A stretch of DNA of 64,000 bases from an uncultured Porphyromonadaceae bacterium (GCA_900547555.1 URHG01000003.1:21297-85296), one strand, 5' to 3'. Positions 46,032 to 56,151 are shown, counted from the first letter of the stretch. A program made the numbers and translations. The notes: generated by a model from the letters alone, not told the origin.

Positions 46032-46538
46032 ATGAATCCTATCGTAAGTATTATCATGGGCAGCACTTCCGACCTGCCTATTATGGAAAAAGCCGCTCAA
46101 CTGCTGAATGATTTCGAAATTCCTTTCGAAATGAACGCTTTATCGGCGCACCGCACTCCCGAAGAAGTGGAAACATTCGCTAAAAACGCCGAAGCTCGCG
46201 GAATAAAAGTAATCATTGCCGCCGCCGGCATGGCCGCTCACTTACCGGGTGTCATTGCGGCATCGACCCCACTGCCTGTCATCGGAGTTCCTATCAATTC
46301 GACACTCGACGGTATGGACGCACTTCTCGCTATCGTACAGATGCCTCCGGGAATACCGGTTGCGACCGTAGGTATCAACGGCGCTCTCAATGCCGCTATT
46401 TTGGCTGTGCAAATGCTTTCTCTCGGAGATGAACAACTTGCCGGGAAATTGAAAAACTACAAAAAAGGGCTGGCTAAGAAAATCGTCGAGGCCAATGAAA
46501 AACTCGCCCAAGTAAAATACGCATTCAAAACCAATTGA
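46032..46538 (+). CDS. purE: 5-(carboxyamino)imidazole ribonucleotide mutase
   Basis: 168 aa with motifs IMGSTSD, SAHRTP and AAHLPGV. Confidence 0.92.
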   Translation: MNPIVSIIMGSTSDLPIMEKAAQLLNDFEIPFEMNALSAHRTPEEVETFAKNAEARGIKVIIAAAGMAAHLPGVIAASTPLPVIGVPINSTLDGMDALLAIVQMPPGIPVATVGINGALNAAILAVQMLSLGDEQLAGKLKNYKKGLAKKIVEANEKLAQVKYAFKTN

Positions 46539-46621
46539 TTCAGAACCCTCGATTGCCGATTTCGGGAGATGGTTTTTCGTCGGACATCTCCCGGCCGGCA
46601 ATCGTTTTTTACATTTGCGCT

Positions 46622-48424
46622 ATGGACCTTTTCAATTACCATCGCCGCCTCACGACCGAAGTGCACATCGGGAATACACCCTTAGGAGGGAACAATCCCA
46701 TACGCATACAATCGATGACCAATACGCACACTCATGAAACTGAACCGAGTGTAGAGCAATGTATACGCATTATCGACGCAGGCGCCGATTACGTAAGACT
46801 CACGGCACAGGGCACGCGCGAAGCAGAGAACCTTACCTGCATCGAAAACGAATTGCATCGCAGGGGATACCATACTCCGCTGGTTGCCGATATACACTTC
46901 AATCCGCATGTCGCCGACATAGCCGCCGGCATTGTCGAAAAAGTACGTATCAATCCCGGTAATTTCGTCGACAGCGCACGTACCTTCAAGCATATCGATT
47001 ATACCGACGAAGAATATGCCGCCGAGTTGCAACGGCTGCGTAACCGGCTTATCCGGTTACTGGAAATATGCAAGCAACATCACACAGCAGTACGCATCGG
47101 CGTGAATCACGGTTCGCTGTCAGATCGTATCATGAGCCGTTACGGAGATACCCCGGAGGGTATCGTAGAGTCATGTATGGAATTCCTTCGAGTATGCCGA
47201 GACGAAAATTTTACCGATGTCGTCATCTCCATCAAAGCATCCAATACGGTCGTCATGGTAAAATCGGTACGACTGCTTTTGGCGGCATTGGAGAAAGAAA
47301 ACATGCACTACCCTCTGCACTTGGGTGTAACCGAAGCCGGAGAAGGAGAAGACGGACGTATAAAATCGGCCGTAGGAATAGGGACATTGTTGGCCGACGG
47401 TATCGGCGATACCATACGAGTTTCATTGAGCGAAGCCCCCGAAGCCGAAATACCCGTCGCCCGTAAATTGGTCGATTACATTACCGCCCGGACGCAGCAC
47501 CCGCATATCGACGGTGTAAAAGCCGATGCATACGACTTTCTGTACATGGAAAGAAGAAACAGCAAAGCCGTACATAATATAGGCGGGGGAAAAGTTCCCG
47601 TCATTATCTCAGACCACCCTGCCGACGGAAATTTGCAGCCCGACTTTCTATATATAGAAAAAGACAACGGAATCATTTCCTATCCAGGCAAAAGGACTTC
47701 CCGACAAACGGTATTGCCGCTCTTTACCGCAAACGAATTACAACAGCTGAGGGTCTCCGATGCAGAAATAAAATTTTTGAAACTATCCTATCCCGAACTG
47801 AATGAAAAAATCTGGGATACAATCGAAAACATACCGGGAATCGTAATCGTACTGACTTCGCAACACATCAATCCCGTAGGAGAATGCCGGGCTTTTCTCC
47901 ATGCATTGCTCAGCCGAAAATGCGCCGTTCCGGTTGTCGTGCAACTGGCTTACACCGAAAACACGCTCGAAGATTTGCAACTGAAAGCGGCGGCCGATTT
48001 CGGAGCTTTATTGCTCGACGGGTTCGTCGACGGAATTTGGCTACGCAACACCGGAAATATCCCGACCGAAAAAATTCCGGCTTGTATGTACGGTATCTTG
48101 CAGGCCGCCCGTCAGCGCATGAGTAAAACCGAGTACATCTCTTGTCCCGGTTGCGGTCGTACGCTCTTCGACCTGACACTGACCATCGCCCGTGTCAAAG
48201 CGGCAACATCTCATCTCAAAACGCTGAAAATAGGAATTATGGGCTGTATCGTCAACGGACCGGGAGAAATGGCCGATGCCGACTACGGTTACGTGGGAGC
48301 AGGACGCAACCGCATCAGTCTGTACAAAGGCAAAACCTGCATAGAAAAAAATATACCCGAAGATGAGGCCGTACAACATCTCATCGACCTTATTAAAAAG
48401 AACGGAGACTGGATCGAACCGTAA
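46622..48424 (+). CDS. ispG: 4-hydroxy-3-methylbut-2-enyl diphosphate synthase, long form with central insert domain
   Basis: The start was trimmed to MDLFNYHRR. It has an N-terminal TIM-barrel domain (IRIQSMTNT) and a C-terminal 4Fe-4S domain (SCPGCGRT, GCIVNGPGE). About 230 extra residues separate the two domains relative to the ~370-aa enterobacterial enzyme. Confidence 0.9.
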   Translation: MDLFNYHRRLTTEVHIGNTPLGGNNPIRIQSMTNTHTHETEPSVEQCIRIIDAGADYVRLTAQGTREAENLTCIENELHRRGYHTPLVADIHFNPHVADIAAGIVEKVRINPGNFVDSARTFKHIDYTDEEYAAELQRLRNRLIRLLEICKQHHTAVRIGVNHGSLSDRIMSRYGDTPEGIVESCMEFLRVCRDENFTDVVISIKASNTVVMVKSVRLLLAALEKENMHYPLHLGVTEAGEGEDGRIKSAVGIGTLLADGIGDTIRVSLSEAPEAEIPVARKLVDYITARTQHPHIDGVKADAYDFLYMERRNSKAVHNIGGGKVPVIISDHPADGNLQPDFLYIEKDNGIISYPGKRTSRQTVLPLFTANELQQLRVSDAEIKFLKLSYPELNEKIWDTIENIPGIVIVLTSQHINPVGECRAFLHALLSRKCAVPVVVQLAYTENTLEDLQLKAAADFGALLLDGFVDGIWLRNTGNIPTEKIPACMYGILQAARQRMSKTEYISCPGCGRTLFDLTLTIARVKAATSHLKTLKIGIMGCIVNGPGEMADADYGYVGAGRNRISLYKGKTCIEKNIPEDEAVQHLIDLIKKNGDWIEP

Positions 48425-48489
48425 ACATTCGTACATGTTTATCGGTTAATGATATAAAAAGTACCCGCTCAAACTCTAATCTACATAAT

Positions 48490-49575
48490 ATGACAAACCA
48501 TAAATTACTTATCCTACTGGCCGTGTGCCTATTTTCTCTACGTCCTCATACGTCCGAAGCCTGTACGGGTATCACCCTTAAAAGCCGGGACGGTTCTACC
48601 GTCGTAGCCCGGACCATAGAATGGGGAGGCAGTAACCTCAACAGCCGTTATGTAATTGTTCCCCGAGGGTATGTACAACAATCGCTGCTCCCCGACGGAA
48701 AGAAAAACGGACTCGTATTTACCGCCCAATACGGTTATGTGGGCATGGCAGTGGAACAAGATGAAATCGTCGCAGAAGGGATAAACGAGGCCGGACTCTC
48801 GGCCGGGCTTTTTTATTTTCCCCACTACGGACAATATGAGACCTATGATCCGGCACAAAAGACAAACAGCCTGGCCGATATACAACTCGTATCATGGATA
48901 CTCGGAAACTTCGATCGCATCGAAGATGTACAAAACGCCATAAAAAAAATACGGGTTATTGGTGTCGATCCCCGGGCATCGACCGTACATTGGAGAATTG
49001 CCGATGCCACAGGCCGCCAACTTGTATTGGAATTTATCGAAGGGAAACCCCGCTTTTACGAAAATAAACTGGGGGTACTGACCAACTCTCCCGATTTCAA
49101 CTGGCAAATGGTCAACTTGAATAATTATGTGAATTTATCTTCCGGCACAGTAGATACTTCACGATTGGGCAATATACGGTTGTCTACTTTCGGGGCAGGC
49201 AGCGGACTACACGGCATTCCCGGAGACATAACACCGCCCTCCCGATTCGTAAGAGCCGCATTTTACCAATGCTCGACGCCTCAACAAGAATCATCGCTTG
49301 ATGCCATTATACAGAGTTTCCATATCCTCAATAACTTCGATATTCCTATCGGCATCGAATTTGCTCCCGGAGAGAACGTACCCGATATACCCAGCGCAAC
49401 TCAATGGACATCGGCAACCGACATCAACAACCGTATCATTTACTATCGCACGATGTACAACAGCACTATACGCTGCATAGACCTGAAAACCATCGACTTC
49501 GGAAAAGTAAAATACCAAGTGGCTCCGCTCGACGCAAAGAAAAACCAATCCATAGAGCGAATCAAAATAAAGTAA
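48490..49575 (+). CDS. Secreted choloylglycine hydrolase family protein (candidate bile salt hydrolase), paralogue 2
   Basis: 361 aa. The signal peptide ends ..HTSEA and is followed by CTGITLKSRDGSTVVARTIEWG, the classic BSH/PVA Ntn Cys context. Confidence 0.8.
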   Translation: MTNHKLLILLAVCLFSLRPHTSEACTGITLKSRDGSTVVARTIEWGGSNLNSRYVIVPRGYVQQSLLPDGKKNGLVFTAQYGYVGMAVEQDEIVAEGINEAGLSAGLFYFPHYGQYETYDPAQKTNSLADIQLVSWILGNFDRIEDVQNAIKKIRVIGVDPRASTVHWRIADATGRQLVLEFIEGKPRFYENKLGVLTNSPDFNWQMVNLNNYVNLSSGTVDTSRLGNIRLSTFGAGSGLHGIPGDITPPSRFVRAAFYQCSTPQQESSLDAIIQSFHILNNFDIPIGIEFAPGENVPDIPSATQWTSATDINNRIIYYRTMYNSTIRCIDLKTIDFGKVKYQVAPLDAKKNQSIERIKIK

Positions 49576-49595
49576 ACACGCTCCTATAAACAACG

Positions 49596-49636
49596 ATAAT
49601 ATGCCGCTAAAAAAAATAGCGGCATATTATTCGTTT
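49596..49636 (+). terminator. Rho-independent terminator of the second Ntn hydrolase gene
   Basis: 13-bp stem ataatatgccgct / agcggcatattat with a 9-nt A-rich loop. Confidence 0.55.
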
Positions 49637-49837
49637 CCGATTGTATAGAATCGACTGCATGCAGTTTCTTATCATAATTTCAAAAAGTGAAGAGAACAAT
49701 CTTAGCTATTCATTTTATAGGTCAGGTTTTATATGATAAAGTCAAGCTTTTGCATAGGCAATATTTTACTTTATAATTTTCACTTTCTTTTGAACCCAAA
49801 ATACCGATATAAAATGATTAAAATCTTTACTGTATTA

Positions 49838-50263
49838 TTAATAGCCATTTCTATCTAAACCATAAAAGATATACTTTTCACTACCCATGAAGCATGTCAT
49901 AACATTATCCATTATGATAACCTGATCCATAAAAACGACACTGTTTTCTCCATATTCTATACATAGAGAAACATGATCATAATTATTGGAATTCCAATAC
50001 CAATTAAAAAAATATTCTTTGGACTCCGTCGTTTGACCGACCTTAGACCGTACCCATATTTCACTACCACTTCCATCTGTATTGAAATTGAACTGTTGAC
50101 TTATATCAGCACTATCAAAATCTATATAATCTGCTCTCCACCAATATTTGCACAAATCATATGTCGCAGTTTTTTCATTTATAGAACCGTTTATTTCACT
50201 TTTTACACAACCATATACAGATATCAGAAAAAATAATATATTAAAAACAAATCTATATTTCAT
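49838..50263 (-). CDS. Small orphan lipoprotein in an AT-rich islet
   Basis: The start was trimmed to MKYRFVFNILFFLISVYGC, a lipoprotein signal with lipobox Cys. The protein is about 141 aa and rich in W/Y/N/D, with no family recognised. The gene is visibly more AT-rich than its neighbours. Confidence 0.55.
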   Translation of the reverse strand: MKYRFVFNILFFLISVYGCVKSEINGSINEKTATYDLCKYWWRADYIDFDSADISQQFNFNTDGSGSEIWVRSKVGQTTESKEYFFNWYWNSNNYDHVSLCIEYGENSVVFMDQVIIMDNVMTCFMGSEKYIFYGLDRNGY

Positions 50264-50402
50264 AGCAACAGAATAGAAACTTTGTTGTTCCAAGTGAGAC
50301 CTACGGTCAAGCACAAAAAACTCCACCTATACAGTCGTCCTTTTCCTACATCTTCCCCGCTCTCGCAACCCAATAAAGGTACGACTCTCTGACATAACTT
50401 TT

Positions 50403-50503
50403 TATCATTCCCCATAAGGCTGCCAAGCTAACGAGGAATTTCCCTGTAAAACGCTTGTCTCTTAGAGATTCTTCATTCCGCTTACGTTGCATTCAGAATG
50501 ACA
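50403..50503. repeat. Two-unit repeat cluster F (same family as the arrays)
   Basis: Units lie at 50403-50443 (fwd: tatcattcc..acgaggaatttcc) and 50465-50503 (rev: gagattcttcattccgcttacgttgcattcagaatgaca). Confidence 0.8.
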
Positions 50504-50569
50504 ATATACACGGGGAAAAGAGCTGCATCTGTATGGGTACCGCCCCGATATTTACCGGTAAATAAGACC

Positions 50570-52414
50570 TTATTCTCCCAAATAAAAAGAGGGAACCGGA
50601 GCCTGCGGATATCCCATAGAACGGTGAGCTATATAATTGCGGTAAAGGGCATCTTGCATGAGTGTAACACGACGGTCGCGAGCCGGAATATTCGTCGTAT
50701 AAATACGTATTTCTCCCGGCAAAGCGGTAACAATTTCTTCCCGCCAATCGCCATACAAATCGGCAATCATCAGAATATCGCCTTCGATACCCTCGGTCAA
50801 AGTATCACCTTTCCATTTTACAATACTTTGAGAACGACCGCGAGAAGAAGAACCAGCACCCCAGCGATTATCATCTCCGGCAAAAGTTTCCCGCAACAAG
50901 TCGGCGTCCCACCACGCCCAATTACGGCAAGGAGGTACCTCCTCGTTTTTCCCTAAATAGCTACCGTCGGCTGCCAATAAATATTTATCGGTACTACCGC
51001 CCTTCTTATCTTCCCGGGCAAAGCATTCGAGCCCCGGATGGGAAGGATCTATGTCGGCAACCATTCCGTCTCCCACATGGAACGTCTTATGCCCGATATT
51101 CCATATCTGTTCACCGGTTTTCGCATCGACCATACAAATGCCTCGGCCGTTATCGTGCCACGGTTCGAGACATAGGAAGACTTCCATCCCGGGACGATTG
51201 GGATCGATGTCGGTAAGATATACTTTATCGGGGTGTCCCAAACCTGTAGACCATAAAAGCGTACCATTATCATCGAGCATGCACGAACCCAGCAGAATCT
51301 CATCGCGGCCGTCGCCATCGACATCACCGCACACCATATTGTGGGAACCCATGCTGCGTACAACCGGATTTTCTTCATCGCCGTCCCAGCGCCATGCCCG
51401 TTCTAGTTTCGTACCGTTCAACTGCCAAGCATCGACTACCATCAACTTATACGTACCGCGACAAGCAAGTATGTAAGGTGTTTTACCGTCGAGAAAAGCC
51501 ATTCCTATCTGATTACGATTACGACGTACCAGATTTCCATAACGGAAATTTCGTTCGGGCCAATCCACCCGAGCTATTTCTTCTCCGGTCATACCGTCGA
51601 GCACAGAGAGGTATTCATCACCCGTATCGACCCGTCCCTTAGCATCTCTTTGTACATTATCGGGTGCCGTCTTCAAAGCGACTTCGGCTTTGCCATCGCC
51701 ATTGAAATCATACACCACATACGGTGAGTACCATATACCCGGCTCGATTCCTTGCCCCAAATCTTTGGACCACAAAAAAGTTCCATCGCTCAGATAGGCC
51801 TCTATCTGATAGGTTTTTCCTGTAAGATCGCCCGGCATTCCGGGATCGACATTACTGGCCGGCGTACGCACGATATAATCGTACACGCCATCACCGTTGA
51901 GATCAGCTACTGCAACCTTCCCGGCTCTTGTATCGCGATTGAGCTTTATCGAACGATAATTCGTAGCAGTTTCGGGAGCAATGGTTACAAAATCCGATTT
52001 ACTCAGTTCTTTGCCTTTACGATCGAGTGTTACCACCCTATAACGCGCATTTCCTGAAACCGGTGATTTATCGACAAAATCGGTTGTGGTTTTTAACGGC
52101 TTACGATTCAATTTTTTACTTTTACCGCCGACCTCCCGATATACATCAAACGCAACATCGGGCGCATCGTTTTGCAACAATCGCCAACTGAGGTAAATCT
52201 CGCCTTTCTCTTTTCCCGGCAAAGCGACCAACCCTCGATCGAGGACTTCGCTCACACGAGTTTCGGCAAAGCCGTTTACAGGAGACTTCGGCTCATGCGA
52301 GGGATTCAATATTTCATAATAATAATTCCGCTCACGGGGATCTTGTGCACTTAAATCCGTAGCAACTACTCCTAATGAAAGGGCTGCAACAGCAATCCAA
52401 TTAAAGTTTTTCAT
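50570..52414 (-). CDS. Secreted rhamnogalacturonan lyase, PL11 (YesW-like beta-propeller) family
   Basis: 614 aa with a signal peptide. It has FG-GAP-like Ca-binding repeats (DLNGDGVYDY, DFNGDGKAEV, GDVDGDGRDEI, ADLYGDWREEIV) and a C-terminal YPQAPVPSFYLG. Confidence 0.7.
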   Translation of the reverse strand: MKNFNWIAVAALSLGVVATDLSAQDPRERNYYYEILNPSHEPKSPVNGFAETRVSEVLDRGLVALPGKEKGEIYLSWRLLQNDAPDVAFDVYREVGGKSKKLNRKPLKTTTDFVDKSPVSGNARYRVVTLDRKGKELSKSDFVTIAPETATNYRSIKLNRDTRAGKVAVADLNGDGVYDYIVRTPASNVDPGMPGDLTGKTYQIEAYLSDGTFLWSKDLGQGIEPGIWYSPYVVYDFNGDGKAEVALKTAPDNVQRDAKGRVDTGDEYLSVLDGMTGEEIARVDWPERNFRYGNLVRRNRNQIGMAFLDGKTPYILACRGTYKLMVVDAWQLNGTKLERAWRWDGDEENPVVRSMGSHNMVCGDVDGDGRDEILLGSCMLDDNGTLLWSTGLGHPDKVYLTDIDPNRPGMEVFLCLEPWHDNGRGICMVDAKTGEQIWNIGHKTFHVGDGMVADIDPSHPGLECFAREDKKGGSTDKYLLAADGSYLGKNEEVPPCRNWAWWDADLLRETFAGDDNRWGAGSSSRGRSQSIVKWKGDTLTEGIEGDILMIADLYGDWREEIVTALPGEIRIYTTNIPARDRRVTLMQDALYRNYIAHRSMGYPQAPVPSFYLGE

Positions 52415-52646
52415 GGAAAAGTATTTCGGTTAAATTTCATTTTGAAACAAAATAACAATATCCGCACGGAATATCCAAATCCCGACGTCGGAAATAATTG
52501 TTAATATCCGTTTTGAGTCCGACTCAACCATCATGATTCACATTCTGTAATCCAAGCCCTCAAAAAACGGTCCGAGTCGAAATCAAACTTTCCTGCAAAC
52601 AGATTGTTTGTAATGTAAATACTATCATCTTAACAAACGAATCATT

Positions 52647-53207
52647 ATGGAAATAACAACAATTTCTTTTTGGGGGAAAAGCCGCTATTGGTGGGCTGTC
52701 CTATTGGTCGGAATCTTACTGATTCCTTGTGGAATATGGCTGGTTGCAAGGCCTGACATCGGCTACTCGGTCATATCGCTACTGCTGGGCTGGTCCTTGA
52801 TTATACTCGGAATTTTACAACTTATCATAGCGAGCGACGTCAACCGCAGGGAACATGGTTGGGGCTGGTGGCTCGCCGGTGGCATTTTAGACATACTCAT
52901 AGGTTTCTTACTTGTCAGTAATCTAGTTCTGAGCGAAATCGTACTACCCTACTTCTTTGCATTTATCCTCTTGTACCGCGCAATAAAAAATATCGTTGCC
53001 GGAGTCATGTTGGCAAAGGCATACAAAGGCTGGTGGCTTTATCTTCTCAACGGCATTTTATTGCTGATCGCTTCGATATTTTTCTTCTTCGCTCCACTCA
53101 TAGCAACAATAGCAATCGTATATGTATGCGCGTTTGTGTTTATCTATTGGGGTATGACTTTGATTACATTTGCTGCCGACCTGAAACCTTATAAAAGAGA
53201 GAAATAA
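52647..53207 (+). CDS. HdeD/DUF308 family membrane protein
   Basis: 186 aa with six TM segments in a repeated W-x-x-G pattern (WWAVLLVGILLIPCGIWL, GWGWWLAGGILDILIG). Confidence 0.6.
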   Translation: MEITTISFWGKSRYWWAVLLVGILLIPCGIWLVARPDIGYSVISLLLGWSLIILGILQLIIASDVNRREHGWGWWLAGGILDILIGFLLVSNLVLSEIVLPYFFAFILLYRAIKNIVAGVMLAKAYKGWWLYLLNGILLLIASIFFFFAPLIATIAIVYVCAFVFIYWGMTLITFAADLKPYKREK

Positions 53208-53225
53208 GCAGATTATTCTCCTAAA

Positions 53226-53266
53226 AAAACGAAAAACGCCGGCTTCCTCCGGTGTTTTTCGTTTTT
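53226..53266 (+). terminator. Rho-independent terminator
   Basis: Stem acgaaaaacgccgg / ccggtgtttttcgt (one G.T pair), loop cttcct, then a T-run. Confidence 0.65.
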
Positions 53267-53304
53267 ATTCACTATTCTTCGACAGATTTTCACTCATTAT
53301 CACC

Positions 53305-53312
53305 TATCTTTG
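53305..53312 (+). promoter_or_regulatory. Candidate -7 box (TATCTTTG)
   Basis: Exact TAnnTTTG match 81 nt upstream of the ATG at 53393. Confidence 0.35.
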
Positions 53313-53392
53313 TTTTTGATATATTAAACTTTACCGTGAATTTTCCGTCAAAAAAGAAACGCCAAAATTCTAAAAGGAAAGGAGGTCCCATT

Positions 53393-54433
53393 ATGAAAAA
53401 TTTCCGCAACATACTATTGCTTATCCTCTCACTCATCGTCCTGCCCGACGCAACGACAGCCCAATACTGGAACGACTTGTACATACGTCCCAGTACAAGA
53501 GAAGAAATAAAGAAGAAACAAGAAGAACAAGCGAAAAAAGAACAGGCCCGATCATACCGGAAACAGGCCGAGGTACATGAGGAAACGTATGTGCCCGACA
53601 GCATTTGGGACATCGATGCGTATAACCGACGTTACGAAACCGAGGCGGAACCGGTTTATACCGACACTCCCGACACCATTTACATGGCCGACGAAGAAGA
53701 TGGTTATTATCTGAACGGATTTTACGGGACGCAAAGCGATCTCGAATATGCCGAGCGGATACGCAAATTCCACAATCCCCGGTTTACGGTACACATCTCT
53801 GACCCGGCTTATAACGATATATATTTCCTAAATTCATTTGACTGGAATGTATATATCGACGGGACATACGCTTTCGTTACCCCTACTTGGACCAATCCAT
53901 GGTATTGGGATTATACATGGGCACCTTACAGTTATTGGGGACCTTCCTGGCGGTGGAACTCTTTCTATTGGGGCTGGGGTTACCCTTACTACGGGTTCGG
54001 ATGGAGTTGGGGTTACCCGCACCATCACCACTATTATCCTCCTCATTACGGGCCGGGACATCGTCCGCCGCACCGTCCCGATTATCGACCGACTCCCCAA
54101 AACCGGCCGTCTCACAGTCCGGGAGGGTGGGGTTCTAGACGCCCCAACCGAGGTACAACGGCTGTAAGGCCCTCTGACTCAAACGATAACCGAGTCATCA
54201 TCAACTCGCAAGGTCAGCGCGTCCGCAGTGGAAATACTTCCCGGTCGTCTCAAAGGCAGAGTACAACACGACAAATAGATCGTCAACGCAACTACAACCA
54301 GACCTACACTCCGAGCTACAACAACAGTTCTTCCCGCGGCAGCAGCATAAGCAGTGGCGGAAGCGGTTCGCGAGGCAGCTCGGGAAGCGGAAGTCGCGGT
54401 AGCAGCGGTGGCGGAAGCCGCAGCCGAAGATAA
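53393..54433 (+). CDS. Secreted low-complexity protein with an aromatic/Gly/His/Pro-rich core and a Ser/Gly/Arg tail (no family recognised)
   Basis: The start was trimmed to MKNFRNILLLILSLIVLPDATTAQ, a signal peptide. The core reads WTNPWYWDYTWAPYSYWGPSWRWNSFYWGWGYPYYGFGWSWGYPHHHHYYPPHYGPGHRPPHRPDYRP. The tail reads SSSRGSSISSGGSGSRGSSGSGSRGSSGGGSRSRR. Confidence 0.65.
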   Translation: MKNFRNILLLILSLIVLPDATTAQYWNDLYIRPSTREEIKKKQEEQAKKEQARSYRKQAEVHEETYVPDSIWDIDAYNRRYETEAEPVYTDTPDTIYMADEEDGYYLNGFYGTQSDLEYAERIRKFHNPRFTVHISDPAYNDIYFLNSFDWNVYIDGTYAFVTPTWTNPWYWDYTWAPYSYWGPSWRWNSFYWGWGYPYYGFGWSWGYPHHHHYYPPHYGPGHRPPHRPDYRPTPQNRPSHSPGGWGSRRPNRGTTAVRPSDSNDNRVIINSQGQRVRSGNTSRSSQRQSTTRQIDRQRNYNQTYTPSYNNSSSRGSSISSGGSGSRGSSGSGSRGSSGGGSRSRR

Positions 54434-54458
54434 GTCGAATCTTTTTAAGAAAACAATT

Positions 54459-56075
54459 ATGGACAAGATAGTAAAGAAAATCTGCGCGCTATTTCTCACA
54501 GCCGGATTCATAGGAAATATTTCTGCCCAGTCGGCTGTCGAAGCCTTGATGCTGACAGACAACGACCTGATAGGTACAGCCCGTTTCGTTGGTATGGGAG
54601 GGGCTTTCACTTCCTTAGGCGGTGACATCAGCAGTTTGTCTCAAAATCCCGCAGGAATAGGTATTTACCGGACAAACGAAGTTGCCACGACTCTTACGAT
54701 CTCCCCCCAATCTACCCGAGTAAATAACCTGCCGGGTAATGTCGGGAGCAATAAAACACGCGTATATTTCGATAATTTGGGATTTGTCGGTACTTTCCAC
54801 CTCGGAGATATGGCATTAAGAAACATCAATTTCGGTGTGGCCTATAACAGCCGTAAGAACTTCGCCCGAAATTACCATGTCAATTACCAATCGCTGAACG
54901 GTTCTCTCTCCAACGCCATCGCAGGCTTGTGCAGCGACAACCCCAATAATCTGCTCACATCAAACGGCGCTTACGACAATGGCGCACCGTGGCTCGACAT
55001 TCTTGCTTACGACAATTTCCTCATCGCTTATTCTCCCGATGCAACAGCGTCGAACAATAAATATTACGGACTGTTCTCCGAGGGGAGTACATCGGGAAGC
55101 GGGTATCTCGACGTAAGGGAAAACGGATATAACAACGAATATACGTTCAACTTCGGAGGAAACGTTTCCGATCGGGTATTCTTCGGCATCGGAGTCGGTG
55201 TCATCGACCTCAAATACGAACTCATTTCGGAATACGGGGAATATCTCGACGGGACTACGGGGGAGACCGAAATCGACGGGACTCTCTATCCGATAACGTC
55301 ATCGGATTATTCTCTCTATAACGAATTGGTTCTCGACGGGACCGGTGTCAACTTCAAAGCCGGCCTTATCGCATACATCACCGATTCATGGCGTATAGGA
55401 GCCGCCGTACACACGCCGACCTACTATTCGGTAAGACGCTCGGCCTACGGAGACATTATCAACGATTATACCTACACCGAAAATCGGTTAGATACCAAAG
55501 CCCAGTCGAACAGCGGTACACCAACATCGACCAATCACTTCTCCCTGCGTACTCCGTTACGGTTTATGATAGGTACTTCCTATCAATTTGGTTATAAAGC
55601 GATTGTAAGCGCAGACTATGAATACACGGCCTACTCGAAAATGAAACTGAGCGACGACAACGGTTACGAACAGACTTTTGCCTACGACAACGACGACATA
55701 AGAAATTATCTGAAAAACACACATACCGTGCGCGTCGGAGCCGAATACCGTATCACTCCGCAGCTGAGTGCCCGGGCGGGATATTCTTTCACATCCTCGC
55801 CGGTATCTGACAAATGGCTCGAAAACAGAGCCTACGTTCCCACATCGGGCACCCTACCCAGTTACTCGCTGGGACGTACCAAAAACAATTATTCCGTAGG
55901 ACTCGGTTATCGGTTCCGTTATGTCTATATCGATGCCGCTTACCAACACCGCAGGGTAAGCGATGAGGTGATGGCATACTCGGCAATACCCGATAAAAAA
56001 ATTTCAGGTTCGGAAAGTGCCCGATTGATAACGAAAAATAACAATATAATTCTTACCTTTGGCGTGAAATTTTGA
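54459..56075 (+). CDS. Outer-membrane beta-barrel protein, FadL/OMPP1 (PorV-like) superfamily
   Basis: The start was trimmed to MDKIVKKICALFLTAGFIGNISAQ, a signal peptide. The N-terminal hatch-like motif is GTARFVGMGGAFTSLGGDISSLSQNPAG. The sequence shows alternating beta-strand patterns and ends in the C-terminal ..LTFGVKF. Confidence 0.7.
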   Translation: MDKIVKKICALFLTAGFIGNISAQSAVEALMLTDNDLIGTARFVGMGGAFTSLGGDISSLSQNPAGIGIYRTNEVATTLTISPQSTRVNNLPGNVGSNKTRVYFDNLGFVGTFHLGDMALRNINFGVAYNSRKNFARNYHVNYQSLNGSLSNAIAGLCSDNPNNLLTSNGAYDNGAPWLDILAYDNFLIAYSPDATASNNKYYGLFSEGSTSGSGYLDVRENGYNNEYTFNFGGNVSDRVFFGIGVGVIDLKYELISEYGEYLDGTTGETEIDGTLYPITSSDYSLYNELVLDGTGVNFKAGLIAYITDSWRIGAAVHTPTYYSVRRSAYGDIINDYTYTENRLDTKAQSNSGTPTSTNHFSLRTPLRFMIGTSYQFGYKAIVSADYEYTAYSKMKLSDDNGYEQTFAYDNDDIRNYLKNTHTVRVGAEYRITPQLSARAGYSFTSSPVSDKWLENRAYVPTSGTLPSYSLGRTKNNYSVGLGYRFRYVYIDAAYQHRRVSDEVMAYSAIPDKKISGSESARLITKNNNIILTFGVKF

Positions 56076-56151
56076 AAAACGTACTTTTTCTTTTCTCTCT
56101 TCGGGAAAAAGGAAAGAACAAGATAAATAGAAAAACAACCTAACAAGAACA

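Noticed and set aside
46563-46610. 9-bp hairpin (cgggagatg / catctcccg) and a T6 run between purE and ispG, considered as a terminator or attenuator
   Set aside because: The T-run is separated from the stem by about 11 nt, so this is not a canonical intrinsic terminator. A TACATTTG box at 46610-46617 is only 5 nt from the ispG ATG, too close for a normal promoter. I left both unannotated.
54354-54458. N-terminal extension MAEAVREAAREAEVAVAAVAEAAAEDK.. of the barrel ORF in the ORF track
   Set aside because: It is the alternative-frame reading of the (AGC/GGC/CGN)n Ser/Gly/Arg-coding tail of the upstream gene. The real start is the ATG at 54459, followed by a signal peptide.
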